This document shows positions 59,574 through 64,000 of a stretch of 64,000 nt of DNA, piece by piece. The stretch spans positions 72,491 to 136,490 of the forward strand of contig JAXMOL010000018.1 of the NCBI GenBank assembly GCA_034669905.1, read 5' to 3'. The DNA is from Candidatus Hydrogenedentota bacterium. Its GTDB lineage: Bacteria; Hydrogenedentota; Hydrogenedentia; Hydrogenedentales; JAEUWI01. The notes under the pieces were generated by a model. The model worked only from the letters and a program-made list of their open reading frames with translations, was not told where the DNA came from and did no database searches. Position numbers and translations under genes: made by a program. Numbering within the stretch: position 1 is the first letter of the stretch; the number at the start of each line of letters is the position of its first letter.

Positions 59574-59669
59574 CTTTGCCGTTTTTTCGACCCAGATGGG
59601 GTTGCTCTTTCAGGGCGAATGGGTGAGAGGCGATATGTTTCTATTTCCTGGCGGGGGCCGGTAGGTAGG

Positions 59670-60452
59670 TCAGGAAACGAAGAGTCGGCGGTTGTGTCTA
59701 ATCTCCAGACCGGTGATGCCCGCGAGGCGGAGCGCATCTTTAAAGCGGGTGGAGATATAGGTGGTGACACATAGGCGCTCCAGTCGGAAGAGTTCGACCT
59801 CAGGCGTGTGACCTGCCCGAAAATAGAGTCGCTTATAGGCGATGGAACTGAATTCTTCGCCGCCCTCCAGCTCTCCGGCGCTGGCGCGCTCGAGGGTGGT
59901 CAACCATTCCTCATAGGAATTGATCGTGACCGGGGCAATGGGCGTGCTGAGCATGTCGGTGATGTAAAACTCCGACCGTTCGAAATCGAGGGCGGTTGGC
60001 GGAATTTCGTTCTTAATGAAAAGGTAGGTGTAGGGCCGTTCATCCCCATTGCTGTCGACCACGGTGACAGGGTACTCGCGAAACTGACCGAGCTCCGCCT
60101 GGCGAAAAGGTTGCAGCGCCTTTTCGCTGAGGAGATACCCATCGCTCCACAAATTCGACGACAAGACATCGGTCCATTTGGCGGTGGGCAGCAATTGCTG
60201 GGATTCCAGTCCATCAGGAAGATGGGGGAAACCGTCGCCATCAAGCCCACCCGTTTCGTCGATAGGGTCGCCCGGTTCCCAGGCCTTCGGCTCTATGAGG
60301 GGCATGGCCTGAGGATAATCCCCCACGGAATCATCGGAGGCAAACCGCAGCTCCCAGAAGTCCGGGGAGGCATCCTGCCCGGCGACCGGTTGGTCGGCCA
60401 TTTTCTGAAGGGACTCGGCCGCTTTGTCGAAAGGGTGTTGGTCGTCTGACAT
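59670..60452 (-). CDS. Imm11/DUF1629-like orphan immunity protein
   Basis: WTDVLS...YLLSEKA...FREYPVTV...LDFERS...YISTRFKDALRLAGITGLEI; start moved to ATG 60452. Confidence 0.55.
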   Translation of the reverse strand: MSDDQHPFDKAAESLQKMADQPVAGQDASPDFWELRFASDDSVGDYPQAMPLIEPKAWEPGDPIDETGGLDGDGFPHLPDGLESQQLLPTAKWTDVLSSNLWSDGYLLSEKALQPFRQAELGQFREYPVTVVDSNGDERPYTYLFIKNEIPPTALDFERSEFYITDMLSTPIAPVTINSYEEWLTTLERASAGELEGGEEFSSIAYKRLYFRAGHTPEVELFRLERLCVTTYISTRFKDALRLAGITGLEIRHNRRLFVS

Positions 60453-60498
60453 GGTTATCTCCCTGGGTCTTGCCGCGGGTGAAAGGGGATAGCACCCT

Positions 60499-60549
60499 GC
60501 ACCCACAAGCTACCTCGCGGCGGGCCCGCGACGCTTGAGGGTGGCACCC
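60499..60549. repeat. 51-bp hairpin repeat, copy 2
   Basis: Direct repeat of 59523-59573 with 3 mismatches. Confidence 0.9.
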
Positions 60550-60568
60550 TGCCGGATTGGCGTGTTTT

Positions 60569-62086
60569 CTACGCAATAATGTCGTGCACCACGTGCCCGT
60601 GCACGTCGGTTAATCTAAAGTCGCGGCCCTGGTAGCGGTAGGTGAGCTTCTTGTGGTCGATGCCGAGCAGGTGCAATATGGTCGCATTCAAATCGTGGAT
60701 GTGCATGGCACCGGGGGTGAAGGCATCTTTTGTCGGCTGGGGGTTCATGGGATTGCCGTCGGCGTCGACGATGTTATAGCCGTAATCGTCGGTCTGTCCG
60801 TAGGTGATACCGGGCTTTACGCCGCCGCCGGCCATCCACACGGTGAAGCAGCGGGGGTGGTGGTCCCGGCCATAGTTTTCTGCGGTCAGGCCACCCTGGC
60901 AATAGGCCGTACGCCCGAACTCACCGCCCCATACGACCAGCGTGTCTTCGAGCATGCCGCGCTGTTTGAGGTCCGTAATCAGGGCCGCGCAGCCCTGGTC
61001 CACATCCTTGCACTGGGATTCATGCTCTTTGGGAAGGCTGCCGTGGGCATCCCAGCCCCGGTGGAAAATCTGAATGTTGCGCACACCCCGCTCCGCCAGG
61101 CGCCGGGCGTTGAGGCAGGAGGCGGCGAAGGTGCCGGGTTCCCGGGCGTCTTCGCCGTAGAGGGCGAAGGTCTGCTCCGGCTCGTCGGAGATATCCATGA
61201 GCTCGGGTACGGCCGTCTGCATGCGGTAGGCCATCTCATGCTGCTTGATGCGCGAGAGCACTTCGGGGTCGCCGTACTCATTGAAGTGGGTCTGATTGAT
61301 GGCCGCCAGGGCGTCAAGCTGGGCACGGCGGTCACGGCGGGAGACCCCACTCGGATTGTTAAGATAGAGGACGGCATCCCTTTCACCGCGCATGAGCACG
61401 CCCTGGTGGTCGGAGGGCAGGAAACCACTTCCCCAAAGGCGTCCGAAGAGACTCTGCTCTGCGAAACTGGTCTTGGCGTGCATCACCACGTAACTGGGCA
61501 GGTCCTTGTTGCCGCTGCCCAGGCCATAGCTCAGCCAGGCGCCGAGACTCGGCCGTCCGGGAACCTGGCTGCCGGTCTGAATGAAGGTAATCGCTGGATC
61601 GTGGTTGATGGCGTCGGTGAAGGCACTGTGAATGACGCACAGTTCCTTGGCGACCTTGGCGGTGTGGGGGAGTAGTTCGCTGACGTATACCCCCCGGTCA
61701 TTATTCTCCTGAAAGGTAAACTCGTATTTGCTCGGGCATACGGGCAGGGTGTCCTGCCCCGAGGTCATGCCCGTAATGCGCTGCCCATTCCGCACGTGTT
61801 CCGGCAAATCCTGGCCAAACATGTCCCGCATCTTGGGCTTGTAGTCCCACAGGTCATGGTGGCTCGGACCGCCGCTCATAAAGAGGTAGATGACCCGTTT
61901 CGCCTTGGGCACATGGTGGGTGCCGCCGCTGAGCATGGCTTCCGTGCTCGCGCTGGCGGTGTTACTCAGCAGGTCGGGGCCGAGGAGGGAGGCCATGGCT
62001 GCCGTGCCGACACCCAGGGCCGAGCGTCCAAAGAAGTGGCGGCGGGTGATTTGCAGTTCGTTTTCACGTTGTGGGTTTTCTGACAC
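60569..62086 (-). CDS. DUF1501 family protein
   Basis: [54 protein letters not shown]; start uncertain. Confidence 0.93.
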   Translation of the reverse strand: MSENPQRENELQITRRHFFGRSALGVGTAAMASLLGPDLLSNTASASTEAMLSGGTHHVPKAKRVIYLFMSGGPSHHDLWDYKPKMRDMFGQDLPEHVRNGQRITGMTSGQDTLPVCPSKYEFTFQENNDRGVYVSELLPHTAKVAKELCVIHSAFTDAINHDPAITFIQTGSQVPGRPSLGAWLSYGLGSGNKDLPSYVVMHAKTSFAEQSLFGRLWGSGFLPSDHQGVLMRGERDAVLYLNNPSGVSRRDRRAQLDALAAINQTHFNEYGDPEVLSRIKQHEMAYRMQTAVPELMDISDEPEQTFALYGEDAREPGTFAASCLNARRLAERGVRNIQIFHRGWDAHGSLPKEHESQCKDVDQGCAALITDLKQRGMLEDTLVVWGGEFGRTAYCQGGLTAENYGRDHHPRCFTVWMAGGGVKPGITYGQTDDYGYNIVDADGNPMNPQPTKDAFTPGAMHIHDLNATILHLLGIDHKKLTYRYQGRDFRLTDVHGHVVHDIIA

Positions 62087-62216
62087 GATTGAAATTCCTA
62101 TCGATCTCGGCCACAATTTCAGTACGTCATCTTCGGAACAAAAAGTACCCGTGGCACCCATCGGTTTCATGGGCTCAATAAAGATACTGCCGGGGGTATT
62201 CTCGTATATGTCTTCA

Positions 62217-62299
62217 TTCCCCTCCTTGGAGGGGTTAGGGGTGGGTAAGAGTCATCAAGGAGACTCGACCCACTCCCGGCCCCTCCGAGGAGGGGAGAA
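62217..62299. repeat. CCCCTCC/GGAGGGG-type palindromic doublet
   Basis: TTCCCCTCCTTGGAGGGGTTAGGGGTGGGT and inverted partner ACCCACTCCCGGCCCCTCCGAGGAGGGG. Confidence 0.7.
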
Positions 62300-62333
62300 T
62301 CGGTTCAATTTTTGTCTTGTGCACCTCGTGCCA

Positions 62334-64000
62334 TCAATACAACAACAAGGCCCGGTCACTGGCCAACAGGGTCGTGGTGACCTGGGTCCACGCCGCATGG
62401 GCCACCGCATCCAGCGATGTGTCTCGGGGCATGTTGCCAATCGCCAGCAGCTGCTCGGCATCTTCCGGGGCGTCCTCATAGCGCACGTACATGGATTGCA
62501 ATAAATCGTAACAGGCCATGGTCTCGGCGGTGGAGGGTTGCTCACAGGCAATGAGGGTGAAGAGCATATCCAATCGGTCGGCGTCGCTATCCGCTTCCTT
62601 CAGCAAGCGCTCGGCGAAGACCCGTGCCGTCTCCACGCGCTGGGTCTCATTGAAGAGGGCCAAAGACTGGAGTGGCGTATTGGATCGCGAACGGCGCACA
62701 CAGCTGGTCTCCCGGTTGGGCGCGTCGAAAAGGGTCATCATGGGGTGGGGGCTGGTCCGCTTCCAATAGACATAGAGACTGCGGCGATAGAGCTTGGGGC
62801 CTTCATCGGGCACGTATTGCTTCGTGTTGCTGCCGGGGTGAGCGAGGGCCTTCCACATGCCAGCAGGTTGGTAGGGCTTTACCCCCTCGCCGCCCATGTG
62901 GGGATCGAGGAGACCGCTGGCCCAGAGATTCAGGTCACGAAGGACTTCGGCGTCCAGACGATAGCTTGGACCCCGGGCAAAGAGCCGGTTCTCGGGATCG
63001 ACCACATCCTCTCTGAAGCGAGAAGACTGGCGGAATGTCTGGCTCATGACCATACGCTTCAACATGGCCTTCAGGTCCCAATTACTTTCGTGGAGCGTGA
63101 GGGCAAGCCAGTCGAGCAATTCCGGGTGAGAAGGTTGCTCGCCCTGCAGGCCGAATTCTTCGGGCGTGCGCACCAGGCCATAGCCATAACAACGCTGCCA
63201 GAGTCGGTTGACCAATACCCGCGCTACGAGAGGGTGCTCCGGTGCGGTGAGCCATTGGGCGAGGCCCAGGCGGTTTTGCGGGGCGCCTTCCGGCATCGGA
63301 CCAGCGACGGATACGACGCCCGGTTCCAGGGGTTCCCCCACAGGCAGATTGTATTCGCCGCGCTCTAACAGGAAGGTGTCCCGTCGTTCCCCTTCCTGGG
63401 CTACAAGCGTTGTGGTAAAGGTGTCTTCAAAGGCCACCAGCTCGCCCTTTGCGCTGCGGTCGATGACGTTGTCCAGGGCCGAAACCTTGAAGCGTCCGAT
63501 CTGGTGGTTGGGGTGGGTGTGCACCAACTCCACCGTGAGCGTGGCCCCTTCGGGGAGGACGGCCTCACGCTTCAAGACAAGCTCCACGTGGTGGGGGACG
63601 CCCACCTGGGGCGAGATGGCCCAACCCTTCGCAGGCTCCTCGGCGATGATATCGGAGACGGGATAGCCCTCTTGGGAGAAATCAGCCGTGGCCGTTCGGA
63701 ATTCGAGTTCCTGAGCCTCACCGCCGGGCGGTGTGAATCGTAGCTTGATCTGGCCCAACACCAGATTGCCATTGTGCGCACGCCCGGGTCCCTGTTGCGA
63801 GAGGCGTTCGTCGGGTAGGACGTCTAGGCGTATACCTTCCAGTTTCCCGGTGAAGGTGGTGGCGCTCAGGGTGTAGGTGCTCTTTTCCGTCCCGGGCGCA
63901 TTAAAGAGGACGGAACCATCGTCCAGAATTTCGTGGGGGGTCTTGTCCGTGCTTTCGACCGCGGAGAAGACGAGGGGCGTGACCACCTTCTCTGGGGGCA
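62334..64000 (-). CDS. DUF1553 (PSD1) protein, 3' part (starts beyond right edge)
   Basis: NRLGLAQWL, ARVLVNRLWQ, PSHPELLDWLA, YRRSLY, TPLQSLALFN; frame open to the window end. Confidence 0.93.
   Translation of the reverse strand, partial: PPEKVVTPLVFSAVESTDKTPHEILDDGSVLFNAPGTEKSTYTLSATTFTGKLEGIRLDVLPDERLSQQGPGRAHNGNLVLGQIKLRFTPPGGEAQELEFRTATADFSQEGYPVSDIIAEEPAKGWAISPQVGVPHHVELVLKREAVLPEGATLTVELVHTHPNHQIGRFKVSALDNVIDRSAKGELVAFEDTFTTTLVAQEGERRDTFLLERGEYNLPVGEPLEPGVVSVAGPMPEGAPQNRLGLAQWLTAPEHPLVARVLVNRLWQRCYGYGLVRTPEEFGLQGEQPSHPELLDWLALTLHESNWDLKAMLKRMVMSQTFRQSSRFREDVVDPENRLFARGPSYRLDAEVLRDLNLWASGLLDPHMGGEGVKPYQPAGMWKALAHPGSNTKQYVPDEGPKLYRRSLYVYWKRTSPHPMMTLFDAPNRETSCVRRSRSNTPLQSLALFNETQRVETARVFAERLLKEADSDADRLDMLFTLIACEQPSTAETMACYDLLQSMYVRYEDAPEDAEQLLAIGNMPRDTSLDAVAHAAWTQVTTTLLASDRALLLY

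Noticed and set aside
59523..60549. CRISPR array or integron attC sites
   Set aside because: Only two repeats ~1 kb apart, no cas or integrase gene, and no RYYYAAC/GTTRRRY cores.

Overview
GC-rich bacterial chromosomal window with about 45 CDS. I found no rRNA, tRNA or CRISPR array. The GEGEGE linker plus the duplicated 'HADxNxDxxxSLSELLRxIQ' C-terminal module (4426-7533), the planctomycete-type PSD1/DUF1501/DUF1080/sulfatase genes and an LptD suggest a diderm, probably Candidatus Hydrogenedentota (inference). Core content: valS, ilvE, a pilT-like ATPase, lptD, a site-2 protease, an M20 amidohydrolase, many carbohydrate/sulfate-scavenging enzymes, a RelE-type toxin-antitoxin pair and a REP-associated tyrosine transposase (RAYT) with flanking REPs. 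Most notable: (1) a 4-gene secreted operon at 9.0-15.3 kb built around a 12-Cys mini-protein; (2) a dispersed non-coding element with ~59-bp inverted arms, 10-bp-phased ACTCG boxes and a compensatory base change (1.8-2.1 kb and 57.7-57.9 kb); (3) several other palindromic repeat families, one bracketing an orphan immunity-like gene; (4) unusual architectures: membrane-anchored caspase/CHAT-like protease, MshEN-FHA-degenerate GGDEF, beta-propeller-LptD fusion, and twin zinc-ribbon repeat proteins. All family calls come from motif recognition by eye, not database searches. Several start codons were moved downstream of the ORF-track start.
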